Positions 47,914-57,562 are shown, numbered from the stretch's first letter. The stretch: 64,000 nt of DNA from an uncultured Erysipelotrichaceae bacterium (GCA_902776735.1 CACYRE010000001.1:48395-112394); one strand, 5' to 3'. Numbers and translations: made by a program. Notes: generated from the letters alone by a model not told the origin.

Positions 47914-49269
47914 CTAGTATTTCTTAACTAAATTACAATAATTAAGATTTACCCATCCGCTAGGTGTTTTAGCCCAATCACCTCTAATTTCTTTTGTATC
48001 AAATCTAGTACCTTTTTTATATGTTTTTATAACTCTATAATTTGTACTAGGACCACGTCTTACATTTAAATTTGTAGTTGTAATATATTTTCCTAAAACA
48101 TATTTAGGAGTCTCAGGTTGTGTTTTAGGACTTGTTTGTTCATTAGATGAGTTATTATTTGTCTGTGGAATTTCAGTGCTTAATGATGAAGAATGAACCC
48201 AAAATTGTCTATCTAACATTTGAACTAAAACTCTTTGTCCTTCATCCCATACTACAGTAGCTAATCCATACAATCTATTATCTGAAGTTACTACTGATTT
48301 ATTAATCCAGAACTGATTTAATCCATTATCAACTATTACTTCTGTACCACCATCATAAGCTATTGCAATTGATTCATTAACTAAAACTCTTTGTCCTTGT
48401 TTATATTTTTGTTCTATTGAATTATTTGGTTTATATGCAAACCATCCTTTTGAATTAGCATATTTCTTAAAATTTGAAATACTACAATAAACTGTATTTC
48501 CAGATACTGTTACTTTTCCCCTTCTACTTGAAGAATTAAATTTTCCAGCATATAAATATGGGTCATATATTTTTAGTATATCACCTGAAATACCAGATAT
48601 TACTATATAATGACCTCCTGTTGTAAATAAACCTTCTGAACAACTAACTATTTCATAAGAACCATTTTTTATCTCTTGTAATGCGTCATCAACATTATAT
48701 AATTGTTTATAATCTATATCATAAGCACTTGCTGTCCATTTAAATGCACTAAAATAAGTTCCATTATCAGCACTTCTAAATCCATTATTAACAAATAATT
48801 TAGCCATTGTTTCAGGTGTTACACTGCTATCTTTTAAACCTGCTACTATCATAGCTGCTGAAGTTGGTCCACATCCACTAGAACCTATAGTTTGATTTAG
48901 ATTTCCAACTGAAGTATAAAGTATATTTTTCCATCTGTTATCTATTTGTGAATAATAGACTGGTTTATTAATTACCTGTGAATTTCCTATAGAAATTTCT
49001 TCTGTTTCTTTAGTTGATTTAGATATAATATCCGGATTTGACTCCTCAAATCCTTCAACTTCTAGATTATTTTCATCATATTCTGAACCACTTGTTAAGG
49101 TGTCTTCTTCAATATATTCAATATTATTTTCTATAATATCTTCTTCAATAACATTTTCTATTTTATTTTTCTCAATATTATTATGCACTGTATTTATAAT
49201 TAATCCTGTTATAATAATTATAATAAGACATAGGAATATTTTAAATAAATTATTCTTTAACTTTTTCAA
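47914..49269 (-). CDS. endolysin: N-terminal TM/signal-anchor, cysteine peptidase (C39-like/NlpC-P60 superfamily) domain, C-terminal SH3b repeats
   Basis: Hydrophobic N-term LFKIFLCLIIIIITGLIINTV; SSGCGPTSAAMIV (Cys) and GGHYIVISG (His); repeated GQRVLV... and RRGPSTNYRVIKTYKKGTRFD SH3_3-like segments. Confidence 0.65.
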   Translation of the reverse strand: MKKLKNNLFKIFLCLIIIIITGLIINTVHNNIEKNKIENVIEEDIIENNIEYIEEDTLTSGSEYDENNLEVEGFEESNPDIISKSTKETEEISIGNSQVINKPVYYSQIDNRWKNILYTSVGNLNQTIGSSGCGPTSAAMIVAGLKDSSVTPETMAKLFVNNGFRSADNGTYFSAFKWTASAYDIDYKQLYNVDDALQEIKNGSYEIVSCSEGLFTTGGHYIVISGISGDILKIYDPYLYAGKFNSSSRRGKVTVSGNTVYCSISNFKKYANSKGWFAYKPNNSIEQKYKQGQRVLVNESIAIAYDGGTEVIVDNGLNQFWINKSVVTSDNRLYGLATVVWDEGQRVLVQMLDRQFWVHSSSLSTEIPQTNNNSSNEQTSPKTQPETPKYVLGKYITTTNLNVRRGPSTNYRVIKTYKKGTRFDTKEIRGDWAKTPSGWVNLNYCNLVKKY

Positions 49270-49597
49270 TTAATTCAACTCCTTTCCCATAATCCAATAA
49301 GTCTTTAACTTGGTCAAATACTTTTTGGATAAATTGTTGTAAGAAATCTTCAAGAATTGATTTTGGTAAAACTATTTTAATATATCCTGGAAGATAATCG
49401 TAAACGTAGTTTACTGCAAAAGATAATCTTTCTTTACCTGTAGTAGAATTATATTGTTTTTCTGCTTCTAATATGGCTCTTAAAGCTACTGCTCTTAAAC
49501 CATCTCTTTTACATAAATAAATTATGTAAAGAATAAATGATATTACAGCTAATACTAATATAATTAATTCAGGTAAATTTGACTGAATCCATTCCAT
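49250..49597 (-). CDS. putative holin (single N-terminal TM, charged C-terminus)
   Basis: LPELIILVLAVISFILYIIYL TM; gene immediately upstream of and overlapping endolysin start. Confidence 0.5.
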   Translation of the reverse strand: MEWIQSNLPELIILVLAVISFILYIIYLCKRDGLRAVALRAILEAEKQYNSTTGKERLSFAVNYVYDYLPGYIKIVLPKSILEDFLQQFIQKVFDQVKDLLDYGKGVELIEKVKE

Positions 49598-49614
49598 AAT
49601 AATTTCCTCCTTTC

Positions 49615-50394
49615 TTAAAAGCTAAGTAAAGTCTCTATTTTAATCTTCTTGTCATGTAAACAGTGCTCAACTTGTTCTTTATTTACATTCATCTTATTTG
49701 TAAATTCTATATAAATAAAACCTATAACAGTTCCATTTTTATTCTCGATTGGAATACTATATGTTGATTGAACATCTCTACTAAACAAAAATTCATACAT
49801 AGTTGTATCAACATCTTTAAGCATATTAATATCATCTATATAACAATGTCCTTCTTTAATTAGTCTATCACATAAATATGAGAAAAAACTCCTAAACAAG
49901 TTTTGAAACTCAGGCATTAAAGATGATAACCCTAATTTTACTGTTTCATTAGTCATACTCATTTTTAAGAAAGATAGACCATTCATATCTCTACCGCCAT
50001 TATGAAATCTTATCAAACAAACTCTTGCTGAATTTGTTTTAATTAAAGTTTTCTTTAAACAATCATTAATATCAGCTTCTATTTTAGATAAAGAATTATT
50101 TTCATCATCATCTATAGTATGTTTAGTAACTCCATTTATTACTGTTGTAGATAAATCACTTAATTGTTTTTGTATTAATTCTTGATTTTGTTTATTTTGT
50201 TCTATTAATACATTTAATAAGTCTGAAAATCTTTCATCTTGTTTATCATCTTTTTTATCTATTCTTTTGTCTTTTTCATCTGATTTTTCTAAACCTTTCT
50301 TAAAATAAAACCACAACATTGATATTACTAATATTGCTGATAGACCTAACATTCCAATTTCTATATAACTTTTTATTAAATCTACAAATTCCAC
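49615..50394 (-). CDS. membrane-anchored hypothetical protein
   Basis: N-terminal TM IEIGMLGLSAILVISMLWFYF. Confidence 0.45.
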   Translation of the reverse strand: MEFVDLIKSYIEIGMLGLSAILVISMLWFYFKKGLEKSDEKDKRIDKKDDKQDERFSDLLNVLIEQNKQNQELIQKQLSDLSTTVINGVTKHTIDDDENNSLSKIEADINDCLKKTLIKTNSARVCLIRFHNGGRDMNGLSFLKMSMTNETVKLGLSSLMPEFQNLFRSFFSYLCDRLIKEGHCYIDDINMLKDVDTTMYEFLFSRDVQSTYSIPIENKNGTVIGFIYIEFTNKMNVNKEQVEHCLHDKKIKIETLLSF

Positions 50395-50554
50395 ATTATT
50401 ATCCTCCTATCTTATTAATCTTCATATTAGTTTCTATAAGCATTCCTAAAGTTATTTCTAAATAAATTTATATGAGTCATAGTAATATGTAACTCCTTAC
50501 TTCTAATATAATATATAAAATGGAAACCATTATAGTTCCCATTTAATCTTATCT

Positions 50555-50779
50555 TTATGCATTCTCTCCATTTATATTAATGAGTATATTAGCACATGTA
50601 TTTATATCATCTTGTGTCATAGCTCCTGAATCTGGTACTCTCTTTATTAAATCTGGTATTTCTCTAAATTTAACATTAGTATCTAATTTAGCTCTTAATA
50701 ATTGTGTTTTTAATTCTTTTTTAACTTTTTTTACATTTTCTAGTTTTTCTGGTATATACATTTTATAATTCCTCCCCAT
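50555..50779 (-). CDS. hypothetical protein
   Basis: small ORF. Confidence 0.4.
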   Translation of the reverse strand: MGRNYKMYIPEKLENVKKVKKELKTQLLRAKLDTNVKFREIPDLIKRVPDSGAMTQDDINTCANILININGENA

Positions 50780-51014
50780 TTACGTTTTGAGATTTACGCA
50801 CCAATTTATCTAATTCTGACTGAGAGACTATTAAAGTATCGATTATTACTCCTAATTGTTCTGGATATTCACTAAATGGTGAATCTTCTTCTAAAGTTCC
50901 TCCAATTTCATTAATAGAATCTTTTATTAAATCTTTAGTTTCTTCAATGTATTCAAGTTTGGTTTCTATTTCATTATTTTCTTCCATAAACATACCTCCT
51001 ATTATGCAGACCAT
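50763..51014 (-). CDS. hypothetical acidic protein
   Basis: small ORF. Confidence 0.4.
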   Translation of the reverse strand: MVCIIGGMFMEENNEIETKLEYIEETKDLIKDSINEIGGTLEEDSPFSEYPEQLGVIIDTLIVSQSELDKLVRKSQNVNGEEL

Positions 51015-52606
51015 CCAGCATCTACAAAATCTTGATAATTAGATAGACTTTGACATTTTGTTCTTTGAGTAGAATTTAATCCAGTATAACCTAATGTTTT
51101 TGGAGAAGTATTTACTGCAGTGATACAAGAAGCCATTATATTATTTAAACTTTCATTTGACAGACTAGTACATCCTGTAAAAGTACTAGACAATCCAGAA
51201 CCAGCGATACTACTTAAATTGAATACAGGTAAAGTTTCTAATTTAGTACATCCATTAAACATATTAGACATATTAGTAACTTTATTTGTATCTATCTGAG
51301 GTATACTTTCTAAGTTAGTACAATTCTGAAACATATTAGTCATATTAGTAACACTAGAAGTATTCAATAAAGGTATGGTAGTTAAACTATCACACTTATA
51401 AAACATATAAGACATATTAGTAACTTTATTTGTATCTATCTGAGGTATACTTTCTAAGTTAGTACAATTAGTAAACATACTGTTCATACTAGTAACATTA
51501 CTAGTATTTAGTAAAGGAATAGTAGTTAAACTATTACATCCAGAAAACATACTTTGTGTACTAGTAACACTACCAGTATCTATCTGAGGTATACTTCCTA
51601 AGTTAGTACATCCAGAAAATATATTGGCCATATCAGTAACTTTATTAGTATTTAATAAAGGAATAGTAATTAATATACGACAATTTCTAAACATTCCTTG
51701 CATATTAGTAACATTACTTGTATCTAATAAAGGTATACTTTCTAATTTATAACAGTATTCAAACATATTTTGCATAGTAATAACTTTACCAGTATTTAAT
51801 AATGGTATAGTAGTTAAATTAACACAACTATCAAACATTTGTTGCATATTAGTAACATTGCTTGTATTAAATAATGTTACACTTTCCAATCTATTACAGT
51901 TTTGAAACATACTTTGTGTATTAATAACACTAGAAGTATCAGGCATTCCTACTACTTCTTTTAATCTCTTAGCATCCCAAAAGAAAGCTTTTAAACTATT
52001 AGTTGTAATTGGAACATCAGTTAAATCTACTTTTTCAATAAATGAAAGAATTCTATTTTCAGATGGTGAGCTCTGCGCTCCAGTTTCAGTAGATATAGAA
52101 TTTGTAAGACCAACATTATAATCAGGAATTTCAACAGTTCCTTCAATATTTAATATTTTATAACCTTTAACTATTTTAGAAGCGGTTAATCCTATACTTG
52201 AAGCTAATGTACTCGGAGAAGTGCCTAGCTGGATATGAGCAGCCCAAGAAGTATTCCTTAATAGCTTTCCTTGTGCAGGAAGATTATAATAACAAGAAAA
52301 ATATACTGACCCTGTAATACTTGAATAATCTTTTATTTGTGAAGCAGTTTGATAAATTGAATCTATTATTTCTATATTTCCTTCTATTAATTTCCCATCT
52401 TTATAAATCGTATATCCTTGTGCTACTTCATCTGCTGTAGCTGTTGCGTCATTACCTATACTATCTATTTTATCTACATAGCTTCTAAACGTATCTTCAT
52501 CAGAAACTTCTTGACCTTTATCAATTAAAGTTTCTTTAATTTGCCTTTTTGTTTCTGCTAAATAATTTAAATTATCTTCTAAATCTTGAGTTGTGTAATC
52601 AGACAT
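51002..52606 (-). CDS. receptor-binding/tail-fibre protein with ~11 DUF285/BspA-type 22-24-aa repeats
   Basis: Repeats ...LNTSNVTNMQxMFxxCxNLxxIP...; C-term SLSNESLNNIMASC...SNYQDFVDAGWSA shared with 56285 and 24044 proteins. Confidence 0.65.
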   Translation of the reverse strand: MSDYTTQDLEDNLNYLAETKRQIKETLIDKGQEVSDEDTFRSYVDKIDSIGNDATATADEVAQGYTIYKDGKLIEGNIEIIDSIYQTASQIKDYSSITGSVYFSCYYNLPAQGKLLRNTSWAAHIQLGTSPSTLASSIGLTASKIVKGYKILNIEGTVEIPDYNVGLTNSISTETGAQSSPSENRILSFIEKVDLTDVPITTNSLKAFFWDAKRLKEVVGMPDTSSVINTQSMFQNCNRLESVTLFNTSNVTNMQQMFDSCVNLTTIPLLNTGKVITMQNMFEYCYKLESIPLLDTSNVTNMQGMFRNCRILITIPLLNTNKVTDMANIFSGCTNLGSIPQIDTGSVTSTQSMFSGCNSLTTIPLLNTSNVTSMNSMFTNCTNLESIPQIDTNKVTNMSYMFYKCDSLTTIPLLNTSSVTNMTNMFQNCTNLESIPQIDTNKVTNMSNMFNGCTKLETLPVFNLSSIAGSGLSSTFTGCTSLSNESLNNIMASCITAVNTSPKTLGYTGLNSTQRTKCQSLSNYQDFVDAGWSA

Positions 52607-52739
52607 AATTTACCTCCTTAACTAATCTCTATTATAATATATAAATAATAGACATTTAGATTATTTAATAACAAAAATTAGGACCTATATTAATATAGGT
52701 CCTTTAGAAGTAAGTGAGGCTTATTTTCAAAGTTTTATT

Positions 52740-53147
52740 TTACATTTTAAAATATTTTTCAACTTTATATTTTGGAGCATCACTGTCATTTATGAAAAGT
52801 TTAGACATCTCTAAGCAAAATTCATTTATGTCTAGCCTTTTAGATTCTGGATACGTTTTACAGTCATTATAAAACATATTCATACATAAATAATATTCTA
52901 TAATGTCATCATAATTTATTCCTGATTTAGTTAAAGTATCTTCTACACTCTCTATAGTATATACTTCACCAAAAGGTTTCATGTGCTTAACGATTTCAAT
53001 AGCTTCATCCTCATCAATATAATAAAGCATTTCACAGATTAAATCTTCATACTTATTTACTAATGGACTTTTTTCACTATCTAAATCTTCTAGCATACTA
53101 TTTATGACACCTTCTAGACTAGATTTACTTAATTTTGATAAATCCAT
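52740..53147 (-). CDS. hypothetical acidic protein
   Basis: ORF. Confidence 0.45.
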   Translation of the reverse strand: MDLSKLSKSSLEGVINSMLEDLDSEKSPLVNKYEDLICEMLYYIDEDEAIEIVKHMKPFGEVYTIESVEDTLTKSGINYDDIIEYYLCMNMFYNDCKTYPESKRLDINEFCLEMSKLFINDSDAPKYKVEKYFKM

Positions 53148-53160
53148 ATTTAGCTCCTTT

Positions 53161-53559
53161 CTATTGGTCTACACCAATTGCAGCTGAGTATATATTAATA
53201 TCAGCATTTGGTACAACTGTTAGTATAACACTTTGGAATGGAACACCTGGATTTGCTCTAATAATTGTATTAAAAGAGCTATCAACATAAGTTGTGTTAG
53301 ATGCAACTGTTGCATTAATTAAAGCATCTGGAATTGCTACTCCATTTGCATATAATTGAATTAATACTGGTTCTGTCACAGCTTCTGGTGTGGTAAATGA
53401 GATGTCTAAATTTACCTCATAGAAACCTGGAGAACGGACTACAATATTTCCTGAACCTGATTGATGTCCAATACTGTTACCAATATCAAACTTATCAACA
53501 TTAAAAGGTATAGCAGTATTAGCAGTAACAGTTATATCCTTAGAATAAGTTCTTAGCAT
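53161..53559 (-). CDS. BclA C-terminal-domain-like (C1q/TNF-like beta-sandwich) protein
   Basis: IPFNVDKFDIGNS...GFYEVNLDISFTT...LIQLYANGVAIPDA parallels BclA-CTD VPFNTVGSQFGT...GFYKITVIANTA...LTIQVNGVPVPGT (from memory). Confidence 0.5.
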   Translation of the reverse strand: MLRTYSKDITVTANTAIPFNVDKFDIGNSIGHQSGSGNIVVRSPGFYEVNLDISFTTPEAVTEPVLIQLYANGVAIPDALINATVASNTTYVDSSFNTIIRANPGVPFQSVILTVVPNADINIYSAAIGVDQ

Positions 53560-53572
53560 AATATTCTCCTTT

Positions 53573-54319
53573 CTATACTACACCAGATACTCCATATCCA
53601 TAACCATATCCATAATAAGGACTGTATAAGCTTGTATATGGGCTTGATACAATATAAGATGGAGTAGGATATGGTCTCAAAGTATTAGTTAAGTTTGCTG
53701 TTTGGTCAATTTGAGAAATTTGGAATCTTGCTGTTTGAAGTTCTCTATCTCTATCTGCTAGCTTATCACGTAAGTTGTCAATTTGATTTTGACATAAAGC
53801 ATCTAAGATTTTTTGAGTATTAGCAACTCCTTCTTCTCTTAAAGTGCAGCAACAACTAGCTAATTGCATTTGATTTGTTAATGCATTATTTGATGCTTGC
53901 ATTTGTGCTTCTAGAGCATTATTACTTAACTGCATTTGAGTTCTTAGAGCATCTGTTGACATTTGTCCTTGTAACTGATTTGTTTGTAAAGCGTTATTAA
54001 ATCTGTTTTCTAAAACCTCTTTAGTTGTTCCAAATGAAGTTTCTAGTACATCACGATTTACTTGATTTACAGCATCATGATTTTGAACTGATAAAAACTT
54101 ATCGTTTTGGTTACTAAATTGATTTGCTACAAATTCTGTAGAAGCATTATCATTGTTGTTTCCAAAGAAGCCTCCATTTCCGCCAAACATCCCAGCAATT
54201 ATAAAGAATATTATAATCCACCAGAAATAACCCCCTCCCATATTATCGTAATCATGGTCGTGATTATTAGTTAAAGCTAGTACATCTGCGGCTGTTAAGC
54301 CTGAATTTGCATTGTCCAT
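53573..54319 (-). CDS. membrane-anchored coiled-coil protein with Gly-rich N-term and YGYGYGYG C-terminus
   Basis: GGGYFWWIIIFFIIAGMFGG TM; Q/N-rich heptads; CCC triplet. Confidence 0.45.
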   Translation of the reverse strand: MDNANSGLTAADVLALTNNHDHDYDNMGGGYFWWIIIFFIIAGMFGGNGGFFGNNNDNASTEFVANQFSNQNDKFLSVQNHDAVNQVNRDVLETSFGTTKEVLENRFNNALQTNQLQGQMSTDALRTQMQLSNNALEAQMQASNNALTNQMQLASCCCTLREEGVANTQKILDALCQNQIDNLRDKLADRDRELQTARFQISQIDQTANLTNTLRPYPTPSYIVSSPYTSLYSPYYGYGYGYGVSGVV

Positions 54320-54365
54320 AGATGGACCTCCTTTCCAATAAACTATTTATGTAATGTTGCAACTA

Positions 54366-54581
54366 TTACCTAGAATTTCTATAAGCTCTTTCTAATTGGT
54401 CTCTCGTAATACCATTTCTATTACATATATCTGCAATTTTTTGAGCTCTTTCTTCATCGTTATTACTATTCGCTAGATTTGAAAAGATTCCCTTTAGATT
54501 TTGGTTTGGTAACATGTTCATCGCCATTGTTAACGGGTTTTGGCTCATCGATAATTGGCTGATTAGATTTTGTATATTCAT
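54366..54581 (-). CDS. small protein; overlaps 54466..54930 by 116 nt in another frame
   Basis: Protein-like C-terminus IADICNRNGITRDQLERAYRNSR; may be frameshift partner of upstream ORF. Confidence 0.35.
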   Translation of the reverse strand: MNIQNLISQLSMSQNPLTMAMNMLPNQNLKGIFSNLANSNNDEERAQKIADICNRNGITRDQLERAYRNSR

Positions 54582-54930
54582 TGTTCATTCTAACCTCCAT
54601 TTCTCTTAATTTTCTTTCTAAATTTTCAATTTTTAAATCTTTTTCATCTTTAGGTAATACTATAAAATATTCTTTTAATTCTCCATCTGTTTCTTTTATT
54701 GATAATTTTCCATTCTTTAAATCAATAAAAGCAGTTTTGTTTTGTACATAAATGTCTGATGGATTCTCTGTTGTGAATTTTGCCTCGAATATAGGCTGAT
54801 TATTAGTAGTTGGAGTAGTTATAATGTTATTAATCGGTTGAGGCATATTTTGATAGTTTGCTTTAAGTCTTTGTAAATCCTCAATTTGTCTATCAATTCT
54901 ACTCAATTCCATTGGATTATACATAATCAT
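54466..54930 (-). CDS. hypothetical protein
   Basis: ORF; low-complexity C-terminal tail overlapping next ORF. Confidence 0.45.
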   Translation of the reverse strand: MIMYNPMELSRIDRQIEDLQRLKANYQNMPQPINNIITTPTTNNQPIFEAKFTTENPSDIYVQNKTAFIDLKNGKLSIKETDGELKEYFIVLPKDEKDLKIENLERKLREMEVRMNNEYTKSNQPIIDEPKPVNNGDEHVTKPKSKGNLFKSSE

Positions 54931-55058
54931 TCCTCCTATTTAATTTTTATAGTTAGATTATATTTAAATAGAAATTAAAATGTCATTCTGAATACATTAA
55001 AAAATTGCATAAAAATAGAGAGTATATTTTCATATACTCTCATCATTTAAATATTCAA

Positions 55059-55631
55059 TTAAAATTTACAGTATATTCTGACTGCAAATGCAACCTTATC
55101 TAATTTTTCAGCAACTCTAGGACCATCTAATTCTAATAAATCAGATATTTCTCCAAAAGTCTTATGGTCTTTAAACCTATATTTATAGATAAGATATTCT
55201 ATGGTATTACTTTCTTTTAATTTCTTCTCAAATTCTATAAGTCTATCATCAAATTCATTGTATTTAATAAAATCTATAATGTCTTGATATTTGCTAGGCT
55301 CACCATGATTTTTCCATAAATATAAACAAGTAATATCAGACCTTCCAGTCATTATAAGTGCTCCAAATATTGCGAATAAAATTGATATAACTAAATCTAC
55401 TTTCAATATTACAAATATACTTAGCATTATTAATGTACTCCAAATAAGACATCTATACCAAGTTTTAAAATGTAATGCTTTTCCAAACATACCTCTACTA
55501 ATTAAGAAAGTTAACATTAACATTATAATAAACTTATATTCTAATTTTAATGCTAAGCCTACAAGAAAAATAACTATGGTTTCAGCAATATTAAAAATAA
55601 TACCACCAATATTTTTCTTTAACCATTCCAT
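55059..55631 (-). CDS. multi-pass membrane protein (3-4 TM) with cytoplasmic C-terminal domain
   Basis: Hydrophobic helices IIFNIAETIVIFLVGLAL, IIMLMLTFLI, LIWSTLIMLSIFVIL, LVISILFAIFGALIMT. Confidence 0.5.
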   Translation of the reverse strand: MEWLKKNIGGIIFNIAETIVIFLVGLALKLEYKFIIMLMLTFLISRGMFGKALHFKTWYRCLIWSTLIMLSIFVILKVDLVISILFAIFGALIMTGRSDITCLYLWKNHGEPSKYQDIIDFIKYNEFDDRLIEFEKKLKESNTIEYLIYKYRFKDHKTFGEISDLLELDGPRVAEKLDKVAFAVRIYCKF

Positions 55632-55688
55632 AATTATTCTCCTTCTTCAACATCATAAGCCCATAACCAACTTGGCCATCCACCCATA

Positions 55689-56255
55689 TTAAACACCTCC
55701 ATTCATTAAAATAAATACCAAACAACAATTTATAATAAAGAACATAAAGTTGAATGTAACAACATTTAATGCTCTAAAAGTAGCTGATTTCATTTTCTTC
55801 TTTATTTTATCATTTCTATTCCAAAGTTTCTTATATAAATCTTGAATTTTATATAATTTATCTTTAAATACTAATATAAATGAAAACATTAAAATTCTTG
55901 AAACTAATATAAATATATAATATATTCCTATAGTCTTCCAAATCACTAAATAAGACACTATGCTAATTATCATTAATATTATACTAGCTATTCCAAAAGT
56001 AAATATATCTATTATCTGTGATTTCTCTTTATATAATACCTTTAATAATAAATATGTCATTATAAATACAAATAAATGAGCATAAATATTAAATCTCAAA
56101 GTTTCCATTATCAATGTATATTCAATAATCATTAGTATAATAAATTTAAATCTATGTTCTTTTAATCTCTTAGTATAAATCATAAATAGTGCAAAATAAA
56201 TTGCTTCAGGAATTTGTCCTAATAATATTTCTGGTAAATAATTCAATAAATTCAT
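55689..56255 (-). CDS. multi-pass membrane protein (5-6 TM)
   Basis: Almost entirely hydrophobic segments. Confidence 0.5.
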   Translation of the reverse strand: MNLLNYLPEILLGQIPEAIYFALFMIYTKRLKEHRFKFIILMIIEYTLIMETLRFNIYAHLFVFIMTYLLLKVLYKEKSQIIDIFTFGIASIILMIISIVSYLVIWKTIGIYYIFILVSRILMFSFILVFKDKLYKIQDLYKKLWNRNDKIKKKMKSATFRALNVVTFNFMFFIINCCLVFILMNGGV

Positions 56256-56284
56256 TCTATATAATCTCCTTTAAATTTTTTATT

Positions 56285-57037
56285 TTAATATCCAGTAGAC
56301 CATCCAGCATCTACAAAATCTTGATAATTACTTAATTCTTTACATGTAGTTGTTTGTATTAATGTTAATCCTATATATTTTAATGTCTTATTAGACGCTA
56401 TTTTTGTTGCATTTATACACATTGCTAATATATTATTTAAGCTTTCATTTGTTAAATTAGGACAATAAAACATACTTTGCATACTAGTAACATTACTAGT
56501 ATTTAATAATGGTATAGTAGTTAAGTTAGTACAATTTTGAAACATATAAGACATATTAGTAACTTTACCAGTATCTAATAAAGGTATAGTAATTAATGTA
56601 TAACAATTTTTAAACATATTACTCATAATAATAATATTAGAAGTATTTAATGATGGTATATTTTTTAGATTAACACAATCTTCAAACATATTTTGCATAG
56701 TAGTAACATTACTATCAACCTCAATACTTTGTGGTAATTTCATAATCATATAACGTATTCCTGGAGCACTATAAGTAGCCATATCATATCTAGTTTTAAT
56801 AATTGGCTCTATTATTGCATTATATTCGCTACTACCTTCTTCTAATGTACCAGTTACTCCTAAAATAGTAACATCTTTTTTAATATTTTCAGGTATTATA
56901 TATTCATCTTTTTGTCTTTTTATTTCATTAAGATTATCTATTAAAGCATTTATAAATCTCCTTTCTTTATTCTTCCAGATTATCTTCTGGAAGAGATAAA
57001 ATTTCGTCTGTAATATCTTCAGCATTATTAACCTCAT
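56285..57037 (-). CDS. receptor-binding/tail-fibre-like protein with DUF285/BspA-type repeats
   Basis: IIPENIKKDVTILGVTGTL homologous to N-term of 22115/24044; repeats SNIIIMSNMF..C.TL.TIP; C-term NLTNESLNNILAMC...SNYQDFVDAGWSTGY; 5' end overlaps upstream ORF by ~70 nt. Confidence 0.55.
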   Translation of the reverse strand: MRLIMLKILQTKFYLFQKIIWKNKERRFINALIDNLNEIKRQKDEYIIPENIKKDVTILGVTGTLEEGSSEYNAIIEPIIKTRYDMATYSAPGIRYMIMKLPQSIEVDSNVTTMQNMFEDCVNLKNIPSLNTSNIIIMSNMFKNCYTLITIPLLDTGKVTNMSYMFQNCTNLTTIPLLNTSNVTSMQSMFYCPNLTNESLNNILAMCINATKIASNKTLKYIGLTLIQTTTCKELSNYQDFVDAGWSTGY

Positions 57038-57329
57038 CTTCTAAATCTGTTATAATTTGTTGCTGTTCAGATACTGTATTTGATAATTCTTCTATTCTTT
57101 TTCGTAATTCTTCTACTTGTTTTCCTCCTCCAGAAGATTCTTTCATAGAAGTTTTATAATTATCATAAGCTGATTCTGCTTCTTCTAAAGTATCATAAGC
57201 TTCTTTTAAAGTTTCTCCATTTTTTCTATAAAAAATTAATTCTTTATTATTTTCAGGATTTATTACTAAATTTTGGATATAATAAAGATTAATTAATTTA
57301 TTATTTTTATCTTTAATAAATATAGCCAT
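56967..57329 (-). CDS. hypothetical acidic coiled-coil protein
   Basis: ORF. Confidence 0.45.
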   Translation of the reverse strand: MAIFIKDKNNKLINLYYIQNLVINPENNKELIFYRKNGETLKEAYDTLEEAESAYDNYKTSMKESSGGGKQVEELRKRIEELSNTVSEQQQIITDLEDEVNNAEDITDEILSLPEDNLEE

Positions 57330-57343
57330 CAGTATTCTCCTTT

Positions 57344-57562
57344 CTATAATGATAATAAAGTTGCATATATTGATTCTTTTACTGTGTTTGCATCTTCTTC
57401 TGTATTATAAACTCCTTCTTTTATCACTTCTCCGTTAGCTTGAAGATACCCTATTGAAAAAGTATTATCTTCATTATTTACTATAATTACATCTTGCAAA
57501 AGCATTATATTTTGTAATCTACCATTTATTGTTTCTATAAACATAATGAAATCTCCTTTCAC
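57344..57562 (-). CDS. hypothetical protein
   Basis: small ORF. Confidence 0.4.
   Translation of the reverse strand: MKGDFIMFIETINGRLQNIMLLQDVIIVNNEDNTFSIGYLQANGEVIKEGVYNTEEDANTVKESIYATLLSL

Noticed and set aside
50580-50768. plus-strand ORF (62 aa)
   Set aside because: Antisense inside 50555..50779.
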